From NCBI GenBank assembly GCA_964436385.1, contig CAYTCO010000001.1:47316-104128 (forward strand): a stretch of DNA of 56,813 nucleotides. The letters run 5' to 3'. Made by a program: the position numbers and the translations under genes. The first letter of the stretch is position 1. The number at the start of each line of letters is the position of its first letter. Under the pieces are notes generated by a model. It searched no databases, was not told where the DNA came from, and was given only the letters and a program-made list of their open reading frames with translations. Shown one piece after another: positions 1 to 15,000 of this stretch. Origin of the DNA: an uncultured Gammaproteobacteria bacterium. Its GTDB lineage: Bacteria > Patescibacteriota > Microgenomatia > Levybacterales > GWA1-39-11.

Positions 1-3000
1 GCCGGGGAAAACTATGCCCAAAAAGAAATACTTAAGGAAAAGAATGCTTTAGGTAAAATATGGGATATTTCTAAAAGAGCTGCAGGTGTTATATCGCCAT
101 CTGAAATGATTGAGGAAGGTAGCCAGTTCGTATTTGAGAAATCGGCTGCTCATCATGCCGGTGTATTGGATTCTGAATATGACTATTCTACAAGAGGGTG
201 GTTAAATAGAGAAAACGATGGTACTTCGAAAAGTCTATTGGAAGACATGTTAACATTTGGTATTCCCCAATTGTTTAAAACTAAAGAGGGTGTAGAGTCC
301 ATGCTCTTAGGTGGATTGACTGGTGGTATAATGGAACATATAGGTGGCGGTGAACGCAAAAAGAATAAGCAAACAAAAGAAAATACAGCGCATGCCATAG
401 GTGCGTTTAACGCAAATTTGCCAACGGCTTACATGCAAGAGCATTTTAAGAGTGGTGTTCGTTCCGTCGCACAGGAACAACAACATTCTCAAGAAGTAGC
501 CAAAGGGGATATATTTAATGCTACTAATATCAGGGAAGATGGATTTTTGAACTGGGTATTGCCGCGGCTTTATTATGGCAGAAAAGATATGGCTATTGAT
601 GAATTAAAGCAATTCAAAAGTGACCAAATGAGTTTTGATGTGGCTAAAAAACAATTGGGCCTTGCTGATACCGTAACCTCTGCTGATTTAGACAAAGATA
701 TAGATGCCCAGATTGCTCAAATACACGCTATTGACAAAATGGCTACCCATGTTGAAAGCATTCGACCTATGCGTTATTTAAAGGATGGTACTTTAGACCC
801 TACTACTAAAGGCATGCTTTATAGTTTATACAAGGTAGACAGTCTTGAGAAAAGAATGGATACTTTAGCAATGGAATTGAACGATGCGGGGCTTACGGAA
901 TTGCATTTATTAACCGATCCAAAAGCACGAAAAGAAGCTGGTAAGACTTTAGAAGAAGTCCGAAATAGTTTAACTACTGAACTTCGGGCTAATCTTAAAA
1001 ACACAACCAAAGACCCTGCTACTTATTTACAAAAGCTTAATGATATCGAAAGGCTTCAAAATGCCAGGGAACGATTTGTAAATGACTATGACCAACTACG
1101 AAATGATAAGTTTTTTACTAATTCATTATTGCAAAATTATAAACTTGATGAAAATATTACATTGGATATGTATAAAAGCTATGAGGCTTCTGCAATAGAA
1201 AGTGAGCGTGTTGGTGCGTATGAGGGTAATACAGAAGCACGCAAATTAGCATCTGAGCTTTCATTAGCATTAGAATCAAAACTAAGTAATAATGTTCCAA
1301 TTACTATTAATGAAATAAATGAATTAAAACAAGTCCTTACGGATAACAAATCATATTTATTAGAAGATGATAAAAACCATATTGAGTCGCTTATTAAAAA
1401 AAGTGAAGACCTTTTAATTAAACCTGCTCAATTAGATAAAACAAAAAAGGATGCTGATTGGGCTACTCTATCAGACGCTCAGATCGATAAAATAAATAAT
1501 TATTCATATGGGGATTTGATAAACATACAAAAAACAAATGGCGATCCTAATTTAGTAGATGCTGATGTTTATTATGCAGCTCTTGGGAGATTAGCAATGC
1601 TAACATCAGCTGACGACGTTTTAAACGGATTCAATGAAATACGTGAATTACTTGAAGATGCTGAAAGGGCTACAGAACCTCAAAGTATAGATAAGAATGA
1701 AGTAAAAAGACGAATAGCTGATAAATTCACAGTACTTGCTAGTGCCGTAATCGATGCTTATGAATTAGATAAAAATGGATATGATGATTTATCAAGTGCG
1801 GAAGGATCATTAAAAATACTAGAAAACTTACGTAGAGTTTTTAATGAACGCGATGATGTGTTTGACAATAAAGGATTTCCTGAAAAAGCTGAGTATATTC
1901 AAGAATTGGATGACCAAATAGAAGCCTTAAAAAACATTGTAATTGAGACTAAGAAAAATATTGAAAATATCAGTAAGGAAGATACCGAATTTGCAAAGAA
2001 CAATCATAGTATAAAATCTAAAATAATAGGATATGACATTGATACCGATAGTGTTATATTCCCTACTATATATGATAAAATCAAAGAACTGATAGGTGAG
2101 AAAAAGTTATTGGAATTATTAGCAGAGCATAAAAAAGCAAGTAATCCTAAATTTATTTATGAATTATATCAGCATTTGCGCAATGCTTTAACTACAGTAG
2201 GCGGTTCAAAAGAAAGTTTAAATCAAATTATTGCACCATTAATTGCAGAATATCAATCTAAAACATCTTCTGCTAATAATATTCATAATATCTGGAATGG
2301 CGTATCGCCTTATGCCAATACTGATATTATGTTTACCAATCCTTATAATTATTATCATGATTTTATAAAAGCTATTTTTGGTGTAAAATCTGATATAGCC
2401 GGGATATATCATACAGGTAGAAATATAACATCGGTTATTAAATTCTTAAAAGAAAATCCTACTACAGCTACAAGTCCTTCGTCTTTAAGTGTAGCCGCAG
2501 CCATTGAGTTTTTTGAAAATAGTGAAAAGCTTAAAAACTTACATACCCTAAAAGATATAATTAATTTAGATTCTAATTTTGATTATACTAAATATTGGCA
2601 AGCTGTTGAATTATATGTAGACAAATTAAAAAGCAATGGAATGGTGCCTACCATAAGGCAGCTACAAGTAATTGAAGATTTGGTTTTAAATTATTATAAA
2701 ACGATTGACCCTACTAAAGAATTTGCAGGATGGGCTTATATGGATGGACGGATAGGTTCCGGTAAAACAAAAGTAATTGCTACAGGATTTATTTCGATTA
2801 TGCAAACCTTATTAAAAAAATCGAAAATAGAAGATGTAGCTCTATTCATAGGCGATATTGATATAGCTGGCACTAATTTAGAATTGTCATTAGGTAGTAC
2901 ACAAAATATTACTATTAATAAAAATGGTTCTGCTACTGCTGGGCAAAGCATCAATGATATGATAACTCGTTTAATTGCGGATGACCCTTTATTAAAAACT

Positions 3001-6000
3001 CATTCATTAATATTATGTGATGAGATGGCACGAGCTAATAAGCTTGAAATAGCTAAATTGGCTTCTGCCGTAGCCGAATTCAATCTTCGAAACAAAACGA
3101 ATATACGTGTTGTAGGCATGGGTGATGTTCTTCAAATGTCTTCAAACGTATCTACAAATGATAATATTATATTTCAAAATCCATCTATTGCATTAACTAC
3201 TCCTTTGTCTACTAGCTATCGTTCTCTATTATTTTCAATGAATGTAGTACAGAACATATTTGATGAGGCTATGTCTGACAATGTATTAAAAACTAAAGAT
3301 TTAAAGTTAGTTTCTAGTATGAATAAAGTTGATAAGGAATGGTATGGTGTGACTGGTGTAAAAAAAGGATTAAGCTTTAAGGATGCGGAAAGTGAAATGA
3401 TTGCAACTGTAGCTGAAAGAAGTAATACTATAATACCAAGTACCAAAGCAACACGTTCTATATTAGTAGTTGTAAATGAAGGCCAAAAAGATATAATTGA
3501 AAGTAAGTTATCTGCCCAGAAAGCCAATCTTAATAATCTAAACATATTAACCGTTAAAGAAGCACAAGGATTGACATTTGATGAAGCTTATGTTCATTTA
3601 GATCCAATGGCTGCCGAGTTTAACGGTGATATGAGTGTGTATAATAGTCATATGTATACGGCTATACGAGCACGTTTTTATGTTCATATAACTACTCTAG
3701 AGGCAGAAAACATAGAAGATGATAGTTTAGGTCTTCGCTATAGGGATGCATATGATAAAATGAAAGCTACACAATCATCGGTTAGTAATGATGTTACCGA
3801 TATACAAACTCATTTATCCAACATATTTGATGCCAAGTATGTAAAGCCTACACCTAGTAGTTCATCTACAGCCAGCACTACTCTTACACCTGCAGAAGAA
3901 GCTAAGAAAAAAGCTGAAGCTGAAGCAAAAGCAAAAGCTGCAAAAGATGCGGCTGATAAAGCTGCTGCTGAATTACTCTTGAAAGAACAAGCATTAAAAA
4001 AAGCACAAGATGATGCAGATGCTGAGGCTATAAAAAAAGCAGAAGCCGAACTAGAAAAAGCAAAAGCTGAACAATTAGAAAAAGATAAATTGGCGGCAGA
4101 AGCAAAGAAAACAGCAGATGCTTCATCCGGTCCTGTACCGATTTCTAAAACAGACCAAACCTTAGAAGTAGAAAAAGAAAGCGAATTACCTATTATCATA
4201 GATTATGAACCCGATTTGGATATGATGGTAGAAGCAAGTGGATTTGAATCTAATGGTAGTGTTACAGCACCCGGTTTGTTTATTGATAATCCTAGTAGTC
4301 AGGCATTTAAAATTCAGAATATTGGTAATAAACTAGTACATACCGAAGGTGATGCTGTTTTCATATTACCTGTACATCCTTCCGCTACATATGCAGACCA
4401 AACATCTATTAGATGGCAAGTAATGAAAAAAGTTACAGTCAATGGGCACACTTATTATCAAGAACTAGGGGTCTTATCTAATGCTACAGTAGTTAAATTA
4501 CAGTCACAAAAAAGATTACCTATCGTATCTCCTGATGCAAGGTATAAGGTGAAGTCAGTATCGGTGAATGATGGACCTGTTGATTTACGGAATGCTAAAT
4601 TATTTACATTTGACCATACTGATAAAAAAAGTGCTTCATTTAGTGAAGATTCACCTAATGTTATCAAAAGTGTTTTGAAGTCAGCAACTCAATTACATTA
4701 CAATTATGATTATGCTTTTGACCCATCTATTTCCGGTAATGAATTTAGTGATTTCGATAGGTTATTAGATACCTGGATTAAGGGTATGTTTAGAGATATT
4801 AAAGTCGATGACGATGAGATAAAAGCAATAAAAGCAAATGCTCGCGTTGTCGTATTTGGCCATGACCAATCTGATTACTTTTTAACAACTAAAAAGAAGT
4901 ATGATAGTCTAAAATCTCCTATTCCTTTTAAAGCAGGAAGGGCCTATATTGAAATCGATATGACTAAAGTTGGTGGTCGTTTCAATAAAAGCTTACCTCA
5001 ATTTATTGAGTTACAACCTAGAAGTTTGCAATTCAATGCCGGAACTTCAGCAGAAAATCCTCTTAATACTATCATCAATAAATGGTATGCAGAGCCATTA
5101 ACAGAATTTGTAAAAGCTGTTGATGATTACCATCAATTATTAATGGATATATTAAAAGCTAATAATATATCAGAAGATTTATTAAGCGATGTTGCAAAAT
5201 CCACAGCTCAGCGTTTACATAATACCAATGCTGTCATAGAAGAAGATGTAACTGATTTTAGCCATGGTAATAGTATTTACAATAAACTGATGCAGTATTG
5301 TGTCAATATGAACTATTCTTATACCAAGAATAATAATAATAAAAACAAAAATCAAAAAGCTGAGGATTTATATAATGATATTTTTAAGAGTTTGAATTTT
5401 GTACAGCGTAAAGAATTATTTAAAGCGGCTCGTTTAGTATATACCAAAGCACATGGAGAAACACCCACTTCTGTTCAATGGTTTGATGAAAAAAACAATC
5501 TAATTAAAGCATCTGATAAAACAGCTACTAGCAAAAAACGTGAACAATATATAAATCTTGATACTGGAGAAATTATATTAGATCCCCCTAATAATATGGG
5601 GCAAGAGAGTCAATTTATTTTCCCATTATTAAATCTTAATAAAACAGGTGCGGCATTAGGTACTGCCCAGGGTGCTATTAATCAATTAACTAGAGGCAAT
5701 AGACATCTTGCTGTTACTAATAGCGATGGTAGTACTACCAATATCCATTTAGGACAAATGGTAATGCATACAGACCCAAAAACTACAGAAAGGTCTTTAA
5801 GGCTAGAAGGACATAAATTGACAGCATCTAGCACTCCTAAGCTATATGATGTAACAAAAATAGGGTTTGACAATTTTTATACATGGGCACTCCATATTTT
5901 ATATCCAACAGTGACTTCATTTAAAGCTTCTATGTTTCAAGACCGATTACGCTTTAATGAAGAAGCCAAAAAAATGGACAATAGATTAAACTTTGACAAT

Positions 6001-9000
6001 CTTTTAGATACGCTAATGGGACAATCAGAAGATGAAGATGCTGATAATTATCGTTACGCTTCCAAGGAATGGTCATTGTTTTTAGAATTGACAGAAAAGG
6101 TATCAGCTGTACCTAATGCTAATGGATTTGCAAACAATATAAAAATAGGGATGAATGCCCAATCAATAAATACTCATATTTTGCAAAGCATTACGTCCGA
6201 TACAGGCACTCATCAATTTGGTCATAAAGTGTTTACAGATGCTGTAGGTATTGAACATAGAAAGCCTATAGGATTACGTATTAATGCTCCTATGTCAATG
6301 AGTGATGCTGTAGATACAAGAAATGCTATAACCTTTACATCTGGTAGAAAAAATAAAGATTCACCATTTGCACCTGCAGCTTTCAGTAAAGCAGAACGAT
6401 TTAAAAACTTCTTTACAAGTTCTTTTGTATCTGTAGATGATACCAAAGTATCAATTGCTATGCCTCCTTCAGAAGATGGCACTGCTGCTGGCAACAGTCC
6501 TAATACACAAAGTAGTAATACGGGTACTTCTTCATCTACCGTAACTCCAAACGTATTAGCAAATCACGACCCTAGTGCAAGTGACGAAATAGACGAAGAC
6601 GAAGATGAAAATGAAAACGATGTTCCTTTTTTAAAAACAAATGATGTTAAAGACATTTCTGATTTACAAGATAATACACCTATTGGTGATGCTTTAATAA
6701 TTGAAAATGAAATGTTTGATTATTTGAAAACCTTTATTCCTAATTTGACTCGTAATGAATTTCAAGTAATTAACAGTTTGCAAGCATCTACTTTATTCGG
6801 GAAAGTCAATGGAAAAGTATGGGGTGCTTTTAAAGAAGGTATTGTATATGCAGTACAAGGTAATAGCAATGATGCCATTTTTAAGCAGGTTTTAAAACAT
6901 GAAGCATTTCATAAAATATTCAGACAATATTTAAATAGTGCTGAACGTGAACGTATCATAGAAGAAGCCAGAATTGAATATGGGTTGTTTGATTTATCCC
7001 CTAAGCAAATAGAAGAATATCTAGCCGTTAATTTTCAGAAACGACCTGATATCGAAATGCCTACATCATTACTTCAACGGTTTCTTAATTTCATAAAGAG
7101 TATATATCATTTGATATTTACACATTCCCATAGTATTGAACGATTTTACAAGGATATTGAAAAAGGTAAATTCAAACAACAAGTAACGGAAAGTGAGCAA
7201 TTGGGTGATACTGCGCTATTAAACACATTGGATTTATTTGAAAATAAAGAACATTTTATACCTGTTATAAAAGGTTTATACTTGGCTAGTAAATACAATG
7301 CCGGTAAAGAAGAACAAGAACCTATACAGGCTATTTATAATGCTAAAGATAAATCAAGTCATTTAACTAATTTACCATTGAGTTCTTATGGGATTGCCCT
7401 TAAAGTTTTTAATAACTTACAAAGACGATTAAATGGTGATGCTAATGATATGAATTTACCAGGACTACGATCACGTTTTGTACAAAGTCGTAGTATTGCG
7501 TATTATGTAAAATCAGGCAAGGGCTATAAACTATTAAATAATGAAGAATTATCAGAAGCGACCCTGGCTAAACAACCTTTATATACTAAAGTACAATCCA
7601 ATTTTGTAGAAATTACAAATACGTATAAATATCCAAAACCTTTAAATGCTAAAGAGATAATGGAGATGAATGCGCTAATGCATTTATTTAGTCAACAGGC
7701 GCCAGATGGAAGTGATACAGATTGGACTGATACATCCGTATATCCTATATTTTTAAGCTTTGTAAATGAATACTACCCTCAAGATTTAAAACACATGAAG
7801 CGTTTCATGCAGTTTGGTCATACATTAAAAAATATAAATATAAATAAAGAAGCTGCTGGAGAATCCGATGCTGAGGATACATCTGAAGATGCTGCTGAAG
7901 ATGAAATAGACAATTCATATAACGATGCATTGATGCAAATCATCAAAGAAGAAAAGGATGTAGATCCATTTGCATCACTTGGCACTTCTGCTCGTACATG
8001 GTTAAATGGTTTATTTATTACAAATGAAGATGGTAGCAAATCGCCTATTAATGAAAACCAGGCAATTGCTGTTTTATATGATACTTTCAAAGCATTTCCT
8101 ACTAATGATTTAGAAACATTTAATTCATACCTATCTACCGCTTTTTCTGAATCACTTCAAACCGAGGATGTTAATATCTTTAATACCGGGTTTTTAGGAG
8201 CTATTATTAAAAAGGGTCCTAGTTCAACCAAATTTAAAGTATTGACAATGTTGTTAGGCCGTACTCCGACTAACGACGATAGGAAACAGTTAAGTGATAT
8301 TATCCGAAAAGAAGTACATAATTTAATTACAACGCTTCGTGATAAAGGTGTTACAACTGAGATTTTTAGTAATACAAATCCTATAAGTATGTGGGATTTA
8401 TATGATAACGATACGAAGACTGTGTTATTAACTAAAGTCGATAACTATATCGCTAAGTATAATAAAAAACCTACAAAGGCATCTGATGTTAAAGAAAGAG
8501 CACGTATTGTAGGCAACGCAAAACAGAAACTTGTAAAAGAGGAATATATGTTTTGGAAATCCGGTGAAACCCTTATAAGCGGAAATCAATTAAATCAGGT
8601 ATTATATAATAAACTTAAAGAATTAGCAAAACGCGCATTGCGTGAAACCATGATGGTTAAAACATTTACAGAAGGACAGGACAAGGTTGCAGATACTCCT
8701 GTAGCGTTTGAACCCGATGTATACTTCATAGATGATTATACATTTTACTACAAAGGATTAATTAAAACTGCTTTTGAAAAAGTAGATGGTAAAAAAGTAC
8801 CTTTAAATGATAGTGATTTTTATGCTAAGATCATGGCTACTTTGGTCCATTACAAATCGCCTTTGGCTCATTATGAAGTGATTAGAGAAATGTTTTATAG
8901 ACGAGAAGCTAATGCAACATTTGTAGATATCGTTGCTAATTATAATTCTTTAGTTTCTAGTAATATGACACAATACAAAGTAGTGTCAAAAGGTAAGAAA

Positions 9001-12000
9001 AAAGAATTCTCATTATTGATTACTAATGCCGATAACGAACAATTTAAAACTCAATTAAATCTACAATATGATGCACTACGTTCTATGATGTTTGAAAAAA
9101 CAGATGATAAGGGAAATGTATCTATTCGGTACAAATCGGATTCATTTAAACAGTTTCTAAAAGACTATGATGTAGCGTTTGATACCGATGATAAAATAAA
9201 TCGGAATCAATATGAAAGTGCCTATAAGGATTTTATGAATATAATGGGATTAACTATTAATGCCAATATTGATTACACTACAGATGAATTAAAAGCATTA
9301 ATGCCCAAATTGTTGAAAATTGCTAATATAGCCATTTCAGTAGTTCCAGATGAAGTTGAAAAAGATGATACTGTTGATTTAGCGGCTCTCATGGAAAAGG
9401 GAGCTAAATCAAGTTTTAGGGCACTTGCTCGCTTTAATAGAAATGGTCAAAAAAGTGCACCTACTACTACAAAAAACGTTAATGATAAACGTAGACATAA
9501 CAAAGACCGGATAACAACTGCTCATAAATTAATAAATAGAATTGTTGATTATAGTAAAGAACATTCTATAAGTAAGGAAATGCTAATAGAAGAATTTCCA
9601 CGTTTGGCAACTCCTTTTTATTCATTTAACCCTTTCAATCCTCTTGGTATATTTGGTGGCGATTTGACATTCAAAAATCAAGTACAGCGCTTAGATGGTA
9701 CTTTGAATAATAAATTTCCTATAATCTATTCAAAAGAAACTAAGAAGGATATTATCAATAGGATGTTTAATGGGTATTTCAGTACTCAATATCTGAGTCC
9801 TACAAAAGAAGGTAAGGCCAGGACTATAATGACATCACCTTATCCTATTTCTAATCGTAGCTCTACTGTTATGATAGAAACAAAACCTTTAACGTTATTA
9901 GATAATGATAAAAAATCATTAGGTAGTGTACGAGATATGATTAAAACCATGATTGTTCAACGTTTATTAATGCCTACTGAACGGAATGATTTGAAAGTGT
10001 ATAGCACATGGAAAGATTCTGCTGGTGTTTCTTTTTTATCAGGACTAACCGATGAGCATATAGAAGAGCTTCAAAAGCTACAAGGTACATTTACAGATTA
10101 TACAGACTTACAGACTAAAAACCCTAATCTTGACAAGTATATAGATGCATTAATTCGTGATACTGAACGTCAAGCACGCGCAATGGTTGACTACATAGCA
10201 AACATGAATAAAATTGCAGCTGGTGTTACAAATGGCAAATACTTTTCTGCAAAATATGCTATTCCTTTACTTCCTAATTTAGAAGCTATTTACAATATGC
10301 TTTTAGAAAATGGCTCATTGGGTTTAGAACATTTCGATATTCAAGCTGAGGATACAAGTAAATTAACAGATGCAGAAAAAGAAGCAGATGCACTTAAATT
10401 ATTTACAATGGTAGAAGGGCGATTAAAATTAAATAAATACGAACCAAAAAGTATTTCTGAAGTAGGTCGTTCTGAAGAATTCTTAATGCCATTGGCTAAA
10501 TTATTTATGGCCAATACTTATATTCAAGATTTCTTTTTAAACCAATTGACTATGGGTGACCCTGCTTATTTTAAAGATAGTATTACTATAGTCAAACGTT
10601 TGACATCGCCATGGGCTAGCTATATACCACCCATGATTGGAAAGTTTCATGCACCTTCTGTTATGCGTACAATAGCAGTTGATGATATTACAACGTATGG
10701 ATATGCCGGAACAAATCCTGATGTAGATTTAATTGATGGTAAGTTACACTATACTGAAGCTGAGTATAAAACTTTATTAGACCAATATCAAAAAAATAAT
10801 GATATCGATAAAGCTAAAAAACTAGCAACCTTATGGAAAAAAAGAGAATGGACAGATGGTGCTGGCTGGATGACTGAACGAGGTCGTGATCATATTAATA
10901 AAGGGTATGGTAGAGGTATGAAAATGGGCAATAGTGTGAAACCTGTTATGCATAATATTGAAAATAATCCTTTTAATAATAAATATGCTGCTACGGTTAT
11001 GAATGATAATATAGTAAAGCAATTTCCTCAAATGCTAGCCTTGCGATTGCAAATGGATTTTTATGGTTTAACGGGTACCGATCTAAAAAGAGCAATTGTC
11101 TTAGAAAAGAAACGATTATTTGAAACTCTTAAAGGAGAAGAAATCTTTGAGTTAAATCAATTATATGATAGTCAGTTCAATTCATTGGATACTAGTCCTA
11201 TTATACAAGCAGTACCTAAATCAAGTATCAAATATGGCAATGGGTATAATACCATTGCTTACGATTATGTAAAACAAGCTTATAATGATTTTGGAAATAC
11301 GACTGTTATAAATTCACCTATGGATTCATGGGGTCAGCAGTTAGATCCTGTAGGACCTGCCGAGCAGCGAGTATCTTTGCCAACTCAGTTATTATATTTT
11401 GCTAATGTAAATGGTATGGCTCCTGAAATTAATGAAAGATTGATTGATGCTCTTAGTAAAATGCAAGAACTTGCAACCGCTGATTTGTATGAAGAAGGTT
11501 TAACACCTGGTATGAATGTTACACCTGATAATGCATTACAAGATGTAACTAAAATAGTACTTAAATCAATACAGGATAACAATCACCATACTAATACAGC
11601 TCAGGCTTTAGCATTTAATTACAAAATGAGTAATTTACCAACCTTCAGTGGTTCAGTAGTAAGCTCTTTCAATACCTATTTTAAGAAAAACTTCTTAACT
11701 ATTAAATTTAATGGTACTGCTGGCGTTCAGGTATCGCAAGGATTGACTACTGATGCATTAGGAAAGGATTTGAAATGGGATCCTGTTAATCAGGTAGCTG
11801 AGGCTTATATGCCGTTGGTCTATCAAGATCAAATAATGCAAGCCAATACGGAATTGTATAGCAAATGGAAGAAAGAAAAAGATCCCGTAGCAAAACTAAA
11901 ATTGGAAAGAGAAATACTGGATTCATTACCATTAACTTTTTTGGGTTATCGTATTCCTTCTACAGGTATCAATTCAGCCGTTAAAATCAAAATCAAAGGA

Positions 12001-15000
12001 TTTATCAATGATAATGAAAATCGTGTCATTTTACCCAACGAGGTGACTACTAAGATGGGTTCTGACTTTGATATTGATACTTTGTATATCATACGTCCTA
12101 ATTTATTTGGAAACAAACCAAAAGACATTGCTATAGCACAGTATTTTAATAGCAATGTAGCTAAATCAATAGGTGTCAATCCTGATGAAACTTTAATTGA
12201 AGGATTTGAAGATTTATTAAATGAATTCAATACTATTTTATCATTGCCTTATACCAACCCTAAAGGTGAGACCTATAATATCACTATCACAGCAAAAGAC
12301 AAGCGCAGGCTCAAACAAAAGTATTATGAAAATGTATTCTTGTATTCATACGTTGAACTATTGTCACGCAATAGTAGTTTACAAGAAACCAATAAGTCTA
12401 TCAGTTTTGAAAGAGTAAATAGTATTTTACCTAATGCTCGATTGCAAACAGAACAAGAAATTGCAGTTAATGCACCTTTGCAGTATGATGATTCACTTTA
12501 TGTACTTTTAGCAGGGTATAAAAACGAACAATTCAAAAAAGACTATAATGCTGCTAAAGAAAGCGGTGAATTGTACACTAATTTTAAATTGCAAGAATCA
12601 TTAAATAAAAGAATGCAAAAGGAAATTGAACGTTCTTACAATCTTACTGATTTTAATGATAGAACGGAATTGCAATTGTTAAACCAAACAGGTAGTAGCA
12701 TGACAGGTGTATTTGCCAGTGTTCAAAAAACATTAGCGTATATACAAACCGCTATTGGTTTTGATTTTCAATTTGATGAAGCTTTACATTTTGACTTTAA
12801 TGGGCATAGCTATACAGGTAATCCATCTGAAGGACCTAATGGTGCAGCTCTATTTAAAGACCTTAATGGGGTGTCCATTTTTGATGAACTTCAATGGGTT
12901 GTAAATGCTGCTGTGGATAATGTCAAAGAGCAAATCTTAGCAAAATTGAATATGAATTTAGTAACATCTTCAGTTATTACAGGTGGGCTTTTGGCAGGCA
13001 TGCCTATGGAAAATACCATGACCTTACTTAATCAACCGGTTACTAAGTATTTATCAGATATAGGAGCTATCAAAAGTGATACCATTGCTTATGTGACTAA
13101 AGAAATAATGAGTTCTTTAGGGCCTGTAGATAATTTAAAACAACGTGTAAGCAATCTTCTCAATAAATATACAATAGGTATAAATAGTCAAGGTGTTATA
13201 GATATTAGTAAATTTATAGATAATCCATTATTTAGTGATGTTGATTCAATTCGACCTTATTTGGTAATAGAAGATAAGCCTGAATTAGATATTTATACGT
13301 TACGTGATTTTACATACGAAGGGCAAGTATATAAATCAGTTTATCATGCGTATACTACATGGAAAAGTGGCACTTTTAATAAAAAAGCTTATGATGGTTT
13401 CAAAGATACTGATACCAAAGATGTATCAATAAGCGGTGAACGAGGTGATATGTTAAGTGCATTGGTTACTGCAAGTATTTTACAAGCACCGAATAATTTA
13501 GCTGAGTCTTTGAATGCGTATTCTTTACTTGAATTTAAACACAATACAAATAGTAATTTTAATTTAGCTATCATAAAAGGTATTGAAGATGCACGGAAAC
13601 AACACGAACTTGCTTACCTACAAAAAAATAAAGTATTAAATACAGACAATGAACTTTTTATAGCTTCTCAATTAAAAGTATTGGAAATATTAGATAAGTT
13701 GCAAAGTATAGGTAGCGCTGTTACAGATGTTCAGCAGGTATTAAGTATCATGAAAGATAATCCTAATCAACCAGTAGATATGGTTGATTACAAGCATCGT
13801 ATCAATCGAGTATTTGATATCAAAACCATAACGTCTAATGATAGGATTTCAGTTAGAAATGTAAAAGATATAGAAGGTTTGGAGTTGCCTGATACTGTGA
13901 GCGGTCTTAAAATAAAGAAAGGGTTTCCTTTATGGGGATTAGATTTTACAAAAATTAAATTATTTAATGTTAGTTATAACAATTGGATAAAATTCCCAAA
14001 ACACTATTTGACTAACTCAATGCATATTTTACATCCCGATATTGAAAAAATGTCAGGAGTATTACAGCAAGTTTATAAGTTGAAACCTAGTGGCTTTGGA
14101 GATAGCTTTGTTAAAGATTCAGAGAAAGACATTTTTATTCGAAATGCTATTGTAAAAGCTTTGTATTCAAAATTGCATATAGCAGCGCCATCCGATGTTA
14201 AATTAGAAAATGATAATGTAATCAACGATATTATTTCTATGGATACCAGTAGTTTGGTTTATACCAAAAGAGGTGCGAAATATTATGGAAATAGAGCATT
14301 AGCTGAAGAAATTATTGATTTGCATTATGCTTCAAAAGAAAAAGAGAATTTAAATAATTACTTTTTGAGCAAAATGGTAATACAACCTTATGATACTTAT
14401 ACCGGATTCCAGGAAATTACAATGATGCGTATTAATTCATCTGACTCCAATGAAGTTTCAATCATGCGAACTTCATTCATGCAAATAGATAATGATAAAC
14501 GTCGAGAATTTCAAAATAGAAATCCTGATTTTGAAGGTTATTGGTTCTCACCATTACAGCTAAAATTAATCCAGTATGCAATCATTGAAGAAGGGTTGAC
14601 ATTTGGTAATTCTAAAATTAGTTTATTCATACCTCAAGAAATTAGATCTCAGATAGCTAATCAAATGAGTGATATATTTTCAGATATTATACAAAATGAT
14701 GGGTTTAATGCCATGACCGATTGGGTAGCTTTAAAAATAGCACTTACCAATAAAGCATGGGTACATCCAATTGAATATGGAAATATAATAGGACTAGAGG
14801 AATTGGAAGATATTAAGCTGGGTGCAATAAATGAAACAAATTTGGAAGATACTAAAGAAGCATATGTACAGATTAACAACAAAGACAAAAAAGTTATCAA
14901 AGCCAAAAGTTATAAATATGATCCAAGCTTAGGGGTTTATTACAATTTAGCGGTTTCCGTAAAAGGTGATGCTTCTAAACTGCCACCGTTTATATCATTT

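Noticed and set aside
3810-4199. 129-aa antisense ORF inside the giant gene
   Set aside because: It is an artefact of the GCN/AAR-rich A/K/E low-complexity region. Its translation is an Ala/Ser/Phe repeat with no independent signals.
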